Translations under genes and position numbers: made by a program | Part shown: piece by piece, positions 24,755 through 37,937 of the stretch | Position numbering within the stretch: position 1 is the first letter of the stretch | Layout of the letters: every line of letters begins with the position of its first letter | DNA from: Macrostomum lignano | Taxonomy: Eukaryota | NCBI GenBank assembly: GCA_002269645.1 | Contig: NIVC01002601.1 | Coordinates: 62,001 to 126,000 of the forward strand | Direction of reading: 5' to 3' | DNA length: 64,000 nt | Notes under the pieces: generated by a model | Database searches by the model: none | Told to the model about the DNA's origin: nothing | Seen by the model: the letters and a program-made list of their open reading frames with translations, nothing else

Positions 24755-25950
24755 ATTTGATCCCAAAACTAAATCCCACAAATTGACCCCTAAATTTTAT
24801 CCCAATTTCATTGATATCCAAATTAATCCCAATTTCATTAATCCCCAAATTAATTCCAATTTCATTAATCCCTAAATTGATCCCAAGTTCATTGATCCCA
24901 TAATTGATCCCGATTTCACTGATCCCTAAATCATCCCAATTTCATTGATTCCTAAATTATCCCAAATTTATTGATCCCTAAATTATCCCAATTTCATTGA
25001 TTCCTAAATTATCCCAAATTTATTGATCCCAAAATTATCCCAATTTCATTGATTCCTAAATTATCCCAAATTTATTGATCCCTAAATTATCCCAAATTTA
25101 TTGATCCCTAAATTATCCCAATTTCATTGATTCCTAAATTATCCCAAATTTATTGATCCCTAAATTATCCCAAGTTCATTGATCCCTAAATCATCCCAAT
25201 TTCATTGATTCCTAAATTATCCCAAATTTATTGATCCCTAAATTATCCCAATTCCATTGATTCCTAAATTATCCCAATTTCATTGATTCCTAAATTATCC
25301 CAAATTTATTGATCCCTTAATTATCCCAATTTCATTGATTCCTAAATTATCCCAAATTTATTGATCCCAAAATTATCCCAAGTTCATTGATCCCTAAATC
25401 ATCCCAATTTCATTGATTCCTAAATTATCCCAAATTTATTGATCCCTAAATTATCCCAATTTCATTGATTCCTAAATTATCCCAATTTCATTGATTCCTA
25501 AATTATCCCAAATTTATTGATTCCTAAATTATCCGAAATTTATTGATCCCTAAATTATCCCAATTTCATTGATTCCTAAATTATCCCAAATTTATTGATC
25601 CCTAAATTATCCCAAGTTCATTGATACCTAAATCATCCCAATTTCATTGATTCCTAAATTATCCCAAATTTATTGATCCCTAAATTATCCCAATTTCATT
25701 GATTCCTAAATTATCCCAATTTCATTGATTCCTAAATTATCCCAAATTTATTGATCCCTAAATTATCCCAATTTCATTGATTCCTAAATTATCCCAAATT
25801 TATTGATCCCAAAATTATCCCAAATTTATTGATCCCTAAATTATCCCAAGTTCATTGATTCCTAAATTATCCCAAATTTATTGATCCCAAAATTATCCCA
25901 AATTTATTGATCCCTAAATTATCCCAAGTTCATTGATCCCTAAATCAATC
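24755..25950. repeat. 26-bp minisatellite (TTTATTGATCCCTAAATTATCCCAAA) filling SLC12A8 intron 1
   Basis: cctaaatt recurs at 25081, 25107 and 25133. Confidence 0.96.
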
Positions 25951-26018
25951 CAAGTTTCAGCTGCACTAAATTGACACCTGAGGCACTGTTACAAAGGGGA
26001 AAATTTTTCGCCTCTCAG

Positions 26019-26984
26019 GTATTCCTTCGCGCAGGCTGGGTGGTCGGCGAGGCCGGCGTTCCCCTCGCGCTGTTAATCGCGTCGCTCACCTCCTCGGTGG
26101 CTCTGCTCACCGTACTCGGCGCTATTGGCGCCATGGATCGTTGCGGCGGCGCCGGAGATCTAGACGAGCCCGGCGGAGGCGGAGTCTACCCCCTGCTGCG
26201 TAGGGCGCTTGGCGACCGGCTGGCCGCGTCCATTGGCAGCGCCTATTGGCTCGGCCAGTCCATCGGAGTGTCGCTGTACGCCGCCGGTCTGGGCGAGTCG
26301 GTGGCCGAGCTGACCGGCTGGCGCGACGACAGCGGCGGCAGCGACTGGCCAGCCAGGGGCGTGGCGGCATGCGTCACGCTGAGCCTGTTAGCCGTGTGCG
26401 GGGCCGGTGTGAAATGGGTGATCAGACTGCAGCTGGCACTGCTAGCTCTGCTGTTCATTGCTGTGCTGGATTTTCTAATTGGTTCCATTGTTCATGGCAA
26501 CGCCGGGGCGTTGGCAACGACAGCAACTGCTGCTAGCGGAGTGACCGGCTATTCTAGAGAGGCGCTGTTCAACAACAGCCGGCCTGACTATTCCAGCGGT
26601 GAGAGCTTCTTCACAGTGTTGGGCGTGTTCTTGCCTACTATCACTGGAGTACTGGCCGGGGTGGATATGGCTGGAGATTTGGCTAATCCGCAGCGCTCTG
26701 TGCCGGTTGGCAGCCTGCTAGCGGTCACCTCCAGCTGGCTGCTGTACGTCACCTTCGTGCTGGTGCTTGGCGCCACCTGCGAACGATGGGCGCTGCAGTC
26801 GGACCCGCTGATTGGCCAGAAAGTGTCGCTGTTGGGGCCGCTGTTTCTGTGCGGACTCTATGTCAGCTCCATGAGTGCCGCGCTGGGCGGATTGACTGCA
26901 GCGGCTAGGGTGCTGTCGGCTGTGGCGCATAATACTCAACTGCCCGGACTGAGAGTGCTGGCTGAGCTCAAGTTCTCTGTGCAG
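26019..26984 (+). CDS. SLC12A8: SLC12A8 coding exon 2 (most TM segments)
   Basis: Acceptor cctctcag at 26018. VFLRAGW, GGVY, GVKWVIRLQL, PDYSSGESFFTVLGVFLP, AGDLANPQRSVPVGSL, QKVSLLGPLFLCGLYVSS. Donor CAG|GTGCGC at 26985. Confidence 0.96.
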
Positions 26985-27124
26985 GTGCGCGAATCTTGCT
27001 TGGGATACCGGTTGTGCTCGGGAGTTGGGGTTCTGGAGATTAAATTTGAGAGATACCTTTTTATTAAATAATTATTATTAGTGACTGTAGTGATACCTAG
27101 ATATCGAGGGGTATTAATGGTAGT

Positions 27125-27640
27125 TATGGATTATTAAATTTTGGATTTGGGTGTGTGGGTAATGGGATTAGGGATTATGGGAGTTGCGATTATGGGTATT
27201 GGGATTAGGGATTATGGGAGTTGGGATTATGGGTATTGGGATTATGGGTATTGGGATTAGGGATTATGGGAGTTGCGATTATGGGTATTGGGATTAGGGA
27301 TTATGGGAGTTGGGATTATGGGAGTTGGGATTATGGGTATTGGGATTAGGGATTATGGGAGTTGGGATTATGATTATTGGGATTAGGGATAATGGTAGTT
27401 GGGATTTTGAGGCTATGGGTATTGGGATTATGGATGAAAGTTACGATTAGGGATTATAGGACTTTGGATTCAGGATTATGGGAGTTGGGATTAGAGAAGA
27501 GAATCTGGATTAGTGATTACGGGAATTGGGAATCACAGAAGATAATTTGGATTAGGGATTACGGGGGTTGGGATTAGAGAAGAGAATTTGGATTTGAGAT
27601 TATGGGAGTAAACATAGGGGATATTGGGATTCGGGATTAT
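27125..27640. repeat. Degenerate GGGATTA(T/G)-based repeat in SLC12A8 intron 2
   Basis: Recurrent ATTATGGGTATTGGGATTAG and GGGATTATGGGAGTT. Confidence 0.88.
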
Positions 27641-27863
27641 ATTGTATATTATGCTCTCGTGTTCAGATTAGTGATTTTGGCAGATATGATTGAGGATTAA
27701 GAAAGTTAGCATTGGAGTTGGATTAAGTAATCTGGGATTAAAGGACTTATGGTAGTTCTTGACTCCTAGCTGCGATTAGCTCGCGGGGATGAAGGGAATT
27801 AAGGGGAATTGTAGGTTTCAAAAGCCCATGAATCCTATCAACTCGCGTTTCAAACCTCCCCAG

Positions 27864-28102
27864 GTGCCCCTATACGCTCTGCTCACTGTCACATCCGTCT
27901 CACTACTATTCACGGCCGTTGGCAATGTCAACTTTCTCGGCCCCATAGTAACTATGCCGTTTTTGATTACCTACGCGACCGTCTCTTATGCCTATTTCGC
28001 GCTGGCTATGACTCGCGACCTCGAGGCCGACCGCGTCAGGCGATTCGATCTGGGCCGCCGCAGGGGCCGAAGGGACTCCGAGCCGCAGAGCCCGAGGCTG
28101 AG
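27864..28102 (+). CDS. SLC12A8: SLC12A8 coding exon 3
   Basis: Acceptor cctccccag at 27863, phase 0. VPLYALL...VGNVNFLGPIVTMPFLITYATVSYAYFALAM. Donor AG|GTGCGA at 28103, phase 2. Confidence 0.94.
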
Positions 28103-28184
28103 GTGCGACATCTAGCTGTGTGTTTTACATTTCCAATAATGCAGTCCCATGCTTCGTGAACTCAGATCAGATATTTCATGCTAT

Positions 28185-29650
28185 TCTGGATCGGGGATCG
28201 GGATTTCTCGATTGGGGATGGGATTTCTGGATTTGGGATCGGGATTTATGGATTTGGGATAGGGATTTCTCGATTTGGGATTAGGATTTCTGGATTTGGG
28301 ATAGGGATTTCTAGATTGGGGATCGGGATTTCTAGATTGGGGATCGGGATTTCTTAATTGGGGATCCGGTTTTCTGGATTAGGGGATTGGGATTTCTGGA
28401 TTTGGGATAGGGATTTCTGGATTTGGGATCGGGATTTCTTAATTGGGGATCGGGATTTCTGAATTGGGGATAGGATTTATTAATTAGGGAACCGGTCTTC
28501 TGGATTAGGGGATTGGGATTTCCGGATTTGGGATCGGGATTTCTGGATTGGGGATTAAGATTTCTGGATTTGGAATCGGGATTTCTGGATTGGGGATTAA
28601 GATTTCTGGATTTGGTATAGGGATTTCCGGATTTGAGATCGGGATTTCTGCATTTGGGATAGGGATTTCTGGATTTGGGATAGGGATTTCTGGACTTGGG
28701 ATAGGGATTTCTCGATTAGAATCGGGATTTCTGGATTGGGGATTAAGATTTCTGGATTTGGTATAGGGATTTCTGGATTTGGGATCGGGATTTCTGGATT
28801 TGGGATAGGGATTTCTGGATTTGGGATAGCGATATCTGGATTTGGGATCGGGATTTCTGGATTTGGGATTAGGATTTCTGGATTTGGGATAGGGATTTCT
28901 AGATTGGGGATCGGGATTTCTAGATTAGGGATCGGGATTTCTTAATTGGGGATCCGGTTTTCTGGATTAGGGGATTGGGATTTCTGGATTTGGGATTGGG
29001 ATTTCTGGATTTGGGATAGGGATTTCTGGATTTGGGATCGGGATTTCTTAATTGGGGATCCGGTTTTCTGGATTAGGGGATTGGGATTTCTGGATTTGGG
29101 ATTGGGATTTCTGGATTTGGGATAGGGATTTCTGGATTGGGGATTAAGATTTCTGGATTTGGGATCGGGATTTCTGGATTTGGGATAGGGATATCTAGAT
29201 TTGGGATCGGGATTTCTTAATTAGGGATCAAGATTTCTTAATTAGGGATAAGGATTTCTTAATTGAGTATCGGGATTTCTGAATTGGGGATGGGATTTCT
29301 GGATTTTGAATCGGGATTTCTGAATTGGGGGCCGGGATTTCTGAAATGGGGGGGTTATGGATTTGAGATAGGGATATCTAGATTTGGGATCGGGATTTCT
29401 TAATTAGGGATCGGGATTTCTGAATTGGGGGCCGGGATTTCTGAAATGGGGGGGGGGGTTCTGGATTTGAGATAGGGAGTTCTGGATTTGGGATAGGGAT
29501 ATCTAGATTTGGGATCGGGATTTCTTAATTAGGGATCGGGATTTCTTAATTAGGGATCGGGACTTCTTAATTGAGTATCGGGATTTCTGAATTGGGGATG
29601 GGATTTCTGGATTGGGGATTGTGATTTCTGAATTGGGGATCGGGACTGCG
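28185..29650. repeat. 21-bp minisatellite (GGGATCGGGATTTCTGGATTT) filling SLC12A8 intron 3
   Basis: The translated period is 7 aa (GIGISGF). Confidence 0.95.
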
Positions 29651-29762
29651 AATCAGAATATGGGTTCGGGATTTAAAGATTTTAGGGTTAAATTTTGACG
29701 CCAGATACGAGTATTCGAGTCGATATCGATTTCTCAATCGGATTTCAAATCCCTTACCGCAG

Positions 29763-30336
29763 GTCATCGGACGATCTGGATCGCCTTTTCCCCGAACGCG
29801 AGCTGGGCAGCGCCGAGCCAACACGGCGGAGCGACGCCAAATCATCCGCTGTAGCCGACGAAGACCCGGCGGTTTGCCGCAGCCAGTCGGGTCAGCTGGA
29901 GGTCGGCGCCAAGTCGGCCGCGTGGACCAGCCGGCTAACAAACCGGTGGCTGTCGCTCTCTGCCACCTGCTTGTGCCTGGTTGCCATGCTGGCTATTCAG
30001 TGGGCCTATGCCCTGGCCTGCCTGGCCTTAGTGGCCCTCCTGTACCTGTGCCTGGGCCGCCTGTGTCCCGGCGCCCATCCCGGCGTGTCCACCTTCGCCC
30101 TGCTGCCCTGGCTGAGAGCTGGCGCCTGTTGTTTTGCTCAAATTCGTCGGGGAGCCTCGACTGATGCGACGTCGTCGGCGGCGGCGGCCGTCAGCGGAGG
30201 GTCGCAGGCGCGGCCGCCGGTGACCAGCGCTCCGGCTGCTGTGACGGAGGAGAACTCTGACTATGCAGACAGGGGCCGCTATCACCAGAGCGGCAAGTTC
30301 GATGCGGCCGCTCTGCTGCCGGATAGGTTGGGATAA
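29763..30336 (+). CDS. SLC12A8: SLC12A8 coding exon 4 (terminal); total 683 aa
   Basis: Acceptor ttaccgcag at 29762, phase 2 compatible. NRWLSL...AMLAIQW.Y...LYLCLGR..PG and TEENSDYADRGRYHQS match the SLC12A8 C-terminus (TQENADFATRDRYHHS). The four exons sum to 2052 nt. Confidence 0.94.
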
Positions 30337-30484
30337 ATTGCTCTGGATGTCGGCAGGATAATTCCCTGCTTGTCTGGCGTGTCTTGTCCGGTTGCTGAGG
30401 GTGGTGGCTCAGAAAATCCTGGATTTCTTGCTAGTTAAAGAGAGTCCCAAGAAGCCTGAGCAACTCTTGTTCCCATGCCCATTT

Positions 30485-31082
30485 TTATCCTGATCCCCAT
30501 TTTTAGAATCTTGAACCAAGAATCCTCATCCCCATTCCTAGAAACCCGATCCCCATTCCTAGAAACCCGATCCCCATTCTTAGAATCCTGATCCGAATTC
30601 TTAGAACCCTGATCCCCATTCTTAGAATCCTTATCCCCATTCCTGGAATACTAAACCCAACGCCAAGAATCCTGATCCCCATTCTTAGTATCCTGATCCC
30701 CATTCTTAGTATCCTGATCCCCATTCTTAGAATCCTGATCCCCATTCTTAGTATCCTGATCCCCATTCTTAGAATCCTGATCCTCATTCTTAGAATCCTG
30801 ATCCCCATTCCTAGAATCCTGATCTCCATTCTTAGAATCCTGATCCCCTTTCTTAGTATCCTGATCCCCATTCTTAGAATCCTGATCCCCATTCCTAGAA
30901 TCCTGATCTCCATTCTTAGAATCCTGATCCCCATTCTTAGAATCCTGATCCTCATTCTTAGAATCCTGATCCCCATTCCTAGAATCCTGATCTCCATTCT
31001 TAGAATCCTGATCCCCTTTCTTAGAACCCTGATCCCCATTCCTAGAATGCTAAACCCAACGCTAAGAGACCTGGTTCCCATT
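30485..31082. repeat. 21-bp minisatellite (CCTGATCCCCATTCTTAGAAT)
   Basis: 7-aa period (GIRILRM on the minus strand); the unit is a reverse-complement relative of the intron-3 array. Confidence 0.95.
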
Positions 31083-31684
31083 TTTAAAAATTATAACGAT
31101 CGCAATATTGCAGTAATATCAGGCAATAATATATAAAATCCCAGGAAGTCGACTTGTTTTATCATGTTATTTGTTGTAAAATTTCTTGCTTCAGCTGCGT
31201 GTTGTTCCACCGGTCTGCTATATACAGTAGCTTAGTTAAGGAAATGGGGCTGCAGTGTTGTTTTAAGCATTTTTATTATTTACTAGTCATTTTCTCTAGT
31301 CAGGTGTGTCGTGTATTTTCACGGTGGCTTCCAATCCAAGTCTTATTTTTTATTCAAGTCATCCATGGCCAGTTTTTTCTGCGCCCTTGACTTGTGTCGC
31401 TCAGTTGATAATATCGACTTTTTATTATTCTATTTGGTCCGTGGTTTACAGCGCATTCCGCCTGGTCATTCTAAATGTCTGTCTTCCAAATACAGTTTCT
31501 CTATTGCTATGCTATTATATATGATTTATAAAATTTTATGCATACTACTTGCAGCCTACTAATCAATCTGTGATCGACCGTAGAGAGGAGAGAAATTCAC
31601 TAACAGTAGGACTGTCTAGCCTTAGGGCTCTTGTATTTTACGTATTAAAATATAAGTACCTGATTTTTCTCCTATTCCCAAAAT

Positions 31685-32585
31685 TCTGATACCTATTCCC
31701 ATAATGCTGATCCCCATTCCATAATGCTGATACCTATTCCCATAATGCTGATCCCCATTCCATAATGCTGATCCCTATTCCCATAATCCTGATCCCCATT
31801 CCCATAATCCTGATCCCCATTCCCATAATGCTGATCCCTATTCCCATAATGCTGATCCCTATTCCCAGAATGCTGATCCCTATTCCCAGAATGCTGATCC
31901 CTATTCCCAGAATGCTGATCCCTATTCCCATAATGCTGATCCCTATTCCCAGAATGCTGATCCCTATTCCCAGAATGCTGATCCCTATTCCCATAATTCT
32001 GATCCCCATTCCCATAATCCTGATCCCCATTCCCATAATGCTGATCCCTATTCCCATAATGCTGATCCCTATTCCCAGAATGCTGATCCCTATTCCCATA
32101 ATGCTGATCCCCATTCCCATAATGCTGATCCCTATTCCCAGAATGCTGATTCCTATTCACAATGCTGATCCCTATACCTATAATGCTGATCCCTATACCT
32201 ATAATGCTGATCCCTATTCCCATAATGCTGATCCCTATTCCCAGAATGCTGATCCCTATTCCCAGAATGCTGATCCCTATTCCCATAATCTTGATCCCTA
32301 TTCCCATATTGATGATCCCTATTCCCAAAATCCTGATCCCTTTTCCCAGAATGCTGATCCCTATACCTATAATGCTGATCCCTATTCCCATAATGCTGAT
32401 CCCTATTCCCAGAATGCTGATCCCTATTCCCAGAATGCTGATCCCTATTCCCATAATCTTGATCCCTATTCCCATATTGATGATCCCTATTCCCAAAATC
32501 CTGATCCCTTTTCCCAGAATGCTGATCCCTATTTGCATAATCCTGATCACTGTTCCAATATTCCAATCTAAGATCCCATATTCCT
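31685..32585. repeat. 21-bp minisatellite (GCTGATCCCTATTCCCATAAT)
   Basis: 7-aa period (PIPIMLI); the unit is a reverse-complement relative of the intron-2 repeat. Confidence 0.95.
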
Positions 32586-33254
32586 GGCATCATCTTCCAG
32601 AATTCCTATCTACCTCTCCCACGATTCTAATTATCACGATTATTTCTTAAAATTCCAGTCTTAGAATATTTATTCAGAAACTGACCTACATCATGTTTCG
32701 GCAGTCCTACTGTTAGTAGCAAAGAATGCACTGACTGTTTTATCTGCACATATCTATTTTATAAACTTCTCTCTGGAATCTCAACACTTTCTAGTCTAGA
32801 CTACGATCAATTTAGTCTCCCAATTTTTTCAGTAAATCCTAAAACGGTGCCTTTGTTTAGCTAGAATCATTCTGAGTTGATTAATTTATTTCAGATGTTA
32901 ACTGGATAAGGATTGTAATATATTCGGTAAATATCTCTGTTTAGCTTATCCGCCTGGAAAATACAAGCTTATTATATTGTGTCATTTCGCACTTAATCTT
33001 GCTGGCGTGCCCGTTTAGTCCCAGTACACTTTCTGGTTTTGTTGAAAATCTGTTTGAGAGGCTGGTTTTGTACGCTATTTTATTATTTTATTTAAAATTT
33101 TACCAAAGAGATGCACATGCATAGATATGCGCTAGTTGCTACTTACAATATTAATTGTAAGTACAATATGTTTCATTTTATGTGCAATAGAGGGACCTGA
33201 TGCTTAAAGTATTATGAAAAGTTTTCTTTTTACACAGGCTAGAATAAAATTTCG

Positions 33255-34492
33255 GCAGGTAGCTGCAAAGATAAGAATGGCAGATAACAGGGGTAGATAA
33301 GAGCAAATAGCAGGGGTTGATAAGGGCGGATAACCGGGGTTGATAAGGGCAGATAACAGGGGTAGATAACGGCAGATAGCAGAAGTTGATAAGGGCAGAT
33401 GACAGGGGTAGATAAGAGCAAATAGCAGGGGTTGATAAGGGCGGATAACCGGGGTTGATAAGGGCAGATAACAGGGGTAGATAACGGCAGATAGCAGAAG
33501 TTGATAAGGGCAGATGACAGGGGTAGATAAGAGCAAATAGCAGGGGTTGATAAGGGCGGATAACCGGGGTTGATAAGGGCAGATAACAGGGGTAGATAAC
33601 GGCAGATAGCAGAAGTTGATAAGGGCAGATGACAGGGGTAGATACATGTAATGGCAGATTGCAGGGGTTGAAAAGGGCAGATAGCAGGGGTTGATAAGGG
33701 CGGATGACAGGGGTAGATACATGTAAGGACAGATTGCAGGGTTCATAAGGGCAGATATCAAGGGTTGATAAGGGTAGATTGCAGAGGTTGATAAGGGCAG
33801 ATAGCAGAGGCAGATAAGGGCAGATATCAGGGGTAGATAAAGGTAGATAGCAGGGGTAGATAAGGGCAGATATCAAGGGTTGATAAGGGCGGATGACAGG
33901 GGTAGATAAATGTAAGGACAGATTGCAGGGTTTACATGTATAAGGGCAGATAGCAGGGGTGGTTGATAAGGGCAGATATCAAGGGTTGATAAGGGTAGAT
34001 TGCAGAGGTTGATAAGGGCAGATAGCAGAGGCAGATAAGAGCAGATATCAGGGGTAGATAAAGGTAGATAGCAGGGGTAGATAAAGGCAGATAGCAGGGG
34101 TAGATAAAGGCAGATAGCAAGGGTAGATAAAGGCAGATAGCAGGGGCAGATATAGGCAGATAGCAGGGGTAGATAAAGGCAGATAGCAGGGGTAGATAAA
34201 GGCAGATAGCAGGGGTAGATATAGGCAGATAGCAGGGGTAGATAAAGGCAGATAGCAGGGGTAGATATAGGCAGATAGCAGGGGTAGATAAAGGCAGATA
34301 GCAGGGGTAGATAAAGGCAGATAGCAGGGTAGATAAAGGCAGATAGCAGGGGTAGATAAAGGCAGATAGCAGGGTAGATAAAGGCAGATAGCAGGGGTAG
34401 ATAAAGGCAGATAGCAGGGTAGATAAAGGCAGATAGCAGGGGTAGATAAAGGCAGATAGCAGGGTAGATAAAGGCAGATAGCAGGGGTAGAT
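33255..34492. repeat. 22-23-bp purine-rich minisatellite (GATAAAGGCAGATAGCAGGGGTA and variants)
   Basis: atagcag recurs at 34321, 34343 and 34366. Confidence 0.93.
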
Positions 34493-34989
34493 GCATGCAG
34501 CAAGAGGCGTGGATACAAAACAGGCAGCAGGGAGAGGATAGTGAAGGCCAAACAACCCAGGAACAGACAGGGATGTTGCGGATCAGTTAGCTGCGGTGGC
34601 ACAAATCTCATGAGAGTGTTTTCGTCACTTGCAGAAATCTGATCTGTTATTCATTTATTTAATCCAGCTAACAGCACGTCCTCTCCGAATTGATTAGCAG
34701 ATTTTGTCAGCGGTTGCTATGGGGTGGAATTTTTGCGAATCACGCAGTTCACTACCCGAGTCAGGTTACCCCACTAATTAATTAGTAGACAAAAATTGTC
34801 ACTTTGAGAAATCCCGGAAGCATGCCGGCTTGTCGTCAAGATTAGGAAATTTGTTTGAAAAGTATATTGAAATATGCGAGACGTTGCTACTTGAATGGTG
34901 GCGCCTGAGGTCGTAATTGATTTCATGAGTTCGTACGGTAAGTTCATGAATGAGTGATTTATTGATTAAGTGAGGGAATGAATGAGGGA

Positions 34990-35625
34990 GTAAGTGTGAG
35001 TGTGAGTGTGAGTGTGTGTGTGTGTGAGTGATTGATTGATTGATTGATTGATTGAGTGAATGAATGAGTGAGTGAATGAATGAGTGAGTGAGTGAGTGAG
35101 TGAGTGAGTGAGTGAGTGAGTGAGTGAGTGTGTGTGTGTGTGTGTGTGTGTGAGTGATTGATTGATTGATTGAATGAATGAGTGAGTGAGTGAGTGAGTG
35201 AGTGAGTGAGTGAGTGAGTGAGTGAGTGAGTGAGTGAGTGAGAGTGTGAGTGAGTGAGAGTGTGAGTGAGTGAGAGTGTGATTGAGTGAGAGTGTGAGTG
35301 AGTGAGAGTGTGATTGAGTGAGAGTGTGAGTGAGTGAGTGAGTGAGTGAGTGAGTGAGTGAGTGAGTGAGTGAGTGAGAGTGTGAGTGAGTGAGAGTGTG
35401 AGTGAGTGAGAGTGTGAGTGAGTGAGAGTGTGAGTGAGTGAGAGTGTGAGTGAGTGAGAGTGTGAGTGAGTGAGTGAGTGAGTGAGAGTGTGAGTGAGTG
35501 AGAGTGTGAGTGAGTGAGAGTGTGAGTGAGTGAGAGTGTGATTGAGTGAGAGTGTGAGTGAGTGAGAGTGTGATTGAGTGAGAGTGTGAGTGAGTGAGAG
35601 TGTGAGTGAGTGAGTGAGTGAGTGA
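34990..35625. repeat. Compound (TGAG)n/(TG)n/(ATTG)n microsatellite
   Basis: Direct reading of the sequence. Confidence 0.97.
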
Positions 35626-36299
35626 ATGGTATGCAATTCGAACCACCTGTTGAATCAGCAGGCGTGACTGCCAGAAGCGATGAAGTGAGTTTGCACTGCA
35701 CTTTATTGGTACTACATGCAGGTATAAAAGGCCGTCAGACGGGCTTCTAGAATTTAATGGCGCACCAATTTAGACAGTATTGAATTTTATCAATTGATTT
35801 TAGCCGTCACGAGGAAGTGGAGCGGCTGCTGTGTTGCCTGGCAGGCGGGGGCAGAGCAGAAAACATCGCGTGCAGCTATGGGACTCAGGGGCAGTCAGAG
35901 GTTTTTTCTTGTTTTCTTATTTTCGGCTCGCTCACCGTCAACATTGTGAGCAGTGAAAATTCACCAGCTCACACAACTATCGGGTAGAGACATTCCTGCG
36001 GCAGAATTGATAATAATGATTGACAGGCAGGATGAGGCAGGGGGATGCTGGACTAGCCATCAATTTCCGCTCGACTGTGGGATCAACAGCCTCGCTCCCT
36101 GGCACCCCCCAGACCGGAGGCGCCACGGAAAGGGGAAGGATGAATTTGGAATCTTAGGGGAAATTTGGTCAAGCAAGCTCAAGCAGGGCAGCCAGTCGTC
36201 AGTCTGCTCAGTTGCCGTCTGACTGATCCAGTCTCCGTTGTTCTGTGCACTCCTTTATGTGTGCCTCAATGTGCCAGCATTTTTGTTTGATTTTGCACC

Positions 36300-37215
36300 T
36301 CACCTCTCCTCTGCTCTCTCCTCTCCTCTCCTCTCTTCTCATGTCATCTCATCTCTCCTCTCATCTCTCCTCTCCTCTCCTCTCTCTTCTCTCTTCTCCT
36401 TTCTCCTCTCTCTCCTCTCCTCTCTTCTATCCTCTCATCTAATCTCATCTCTCCTCTACTATTCTCTCTCCTCTCCTCTCTCATCTCCTCTCCTCTCATC
36501 TCATCTCATCTCATCTCTCCTCTCTCTCCTCTCCTCTCCTCTCTTCTCCTCTCCTCTCTCCTTTCCTCTCCTCTCCTCTCATGTCATCTCATCTCTCCTC
36601 TCCTCTCATCTCTCCTCTCCTCTCTCTTCTCTCTTCTCCTCTCTCCTCTCTCTCTCCTCTCCTCTCTTCTATCCTCTCATCTCATCTCATCTCTCCTCTA
36701 CTATTCTCTCTCCTCTCCTCTCTCATCTCCTCTCCTCTCATCTCATCTCATCTCATCTCTCCTCTCTCTCCTCTCCTCTCCTCTCTTCTCCTCTCCTCTC
36801 TCCTTTCCTCTCCTCTCCTCTCATGTCATCTCATCTCTCCTCTCCTCTCATCTCTCCTCTCCTCTCTCTTCTCTCTTCTCCTCTCTCCTCTCTCTCTCCT
36901 CTCCTCTCTTCTATCCTCTCATCTCATCTCATCTCTCCTCTACTATTCTCTCTCCTCTCCTCTCATCTCATCTCATCTTGTCTCTCCTCTCTCTCCTCTC
37001 CTCTCCTCTCTTCTCCTCTCCTCTCTCTTCTCCCCTCCTCGCTCCTCTTCTCTCTCCTTTCTTCTGTTTCCTCTCCCCTCTCCTCTCTCCCCTCTCTCCT
37101 CTTCTTTCTCTTCTCTCCATTATTCTTTATTTCGTCATCTTTACTCGCTTTTCTCCTATCTTCTCTCTCCCATTTTTTCTCTCTCTCCTCTACTCTCTCC
37201 TCTCTCCTCTCTATT
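36300..37215. repeat. CT-rich polypyrimidine low-complexity tract with a higher-order period of about 240 bp
   Basis: The marker tcatgtcatctc occurs at about 36339, 36579 and 36821. Confidence 0.93.
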
Positions 37216-37573
37216 TCTGCTATTTCTATTTTCTCTATTTTTTATTCTAGAACTATGTTTGCAACAAAACATGCAGATTTCATGACTGGCTTCCATGCTC
37301 AGCTATCGCACTCATTTGCAACTGGAATACCTAAGCTAGAGTGCGTGCCAGCCTAATCCAGGGTTCACTCTATATCTACGAGAAATAAAACACTTCCTCT
37401 TTTAACTGATTCAAGACTGGCGGAGTTGGAATTTCTTATTCGAGGACTCTTATTTACAGAGAGAGGCCCGGAACTCTGCATCCAGGTGTGCCGACTGTAA
37501 CTGTCTGAGATTTCGGGACTTTGCAAGTCACGAAAACGGAAATACATCTAGCTCGTGGTGTGATGGTGGATCT

Positions 37574-37937
37574 TCACCCACGTCTCACCTCTGCCCTACA
37601 CCCACGTCTCACCTCTGCCCTACACCCACGTCTCACCTCTGCCCTACACCCACGTCTCACCTCTGCCCTTCACCCACGTCTCACCTCTGCCCTACACCCA
37701 CGTCTCACCTCTGCCCTACACCCACGTCTCACCTCTGCCCTTCACCCACGTCTCACCTCTGCCCTACACCCACGTCTCACCTCTGCCCTACACCCACGTC
37801 TCACCTCTGCCCTTCACCCACGTCTCACCTCTGCCCTACACCCACGTCTCACCTCTGCCCTTCACCCACGTCTCACCTCTGCCCTTCACCCACGTCTCAC
37901 CTCTGCCCTACACCCACGTCTCACCTCTGCCCTTCAC
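37574..37937. repeat. 24-bp minisatellite (CACCCACGTCTCACCTCTGCCCTA), about 15 copies
   Basis: 8-aa period (HPRLTSAL). Confidence 0.97.

Noticed and set aside
37251-37334. Cys-rich plus-strand peptide NYVCNKTCRFHDWLPCSAIALICNWNT after a pyrimidine tract
   Set aside because: No phase-compatible upstream exon was found, and the pyrimidine tract is just the CT repeat.
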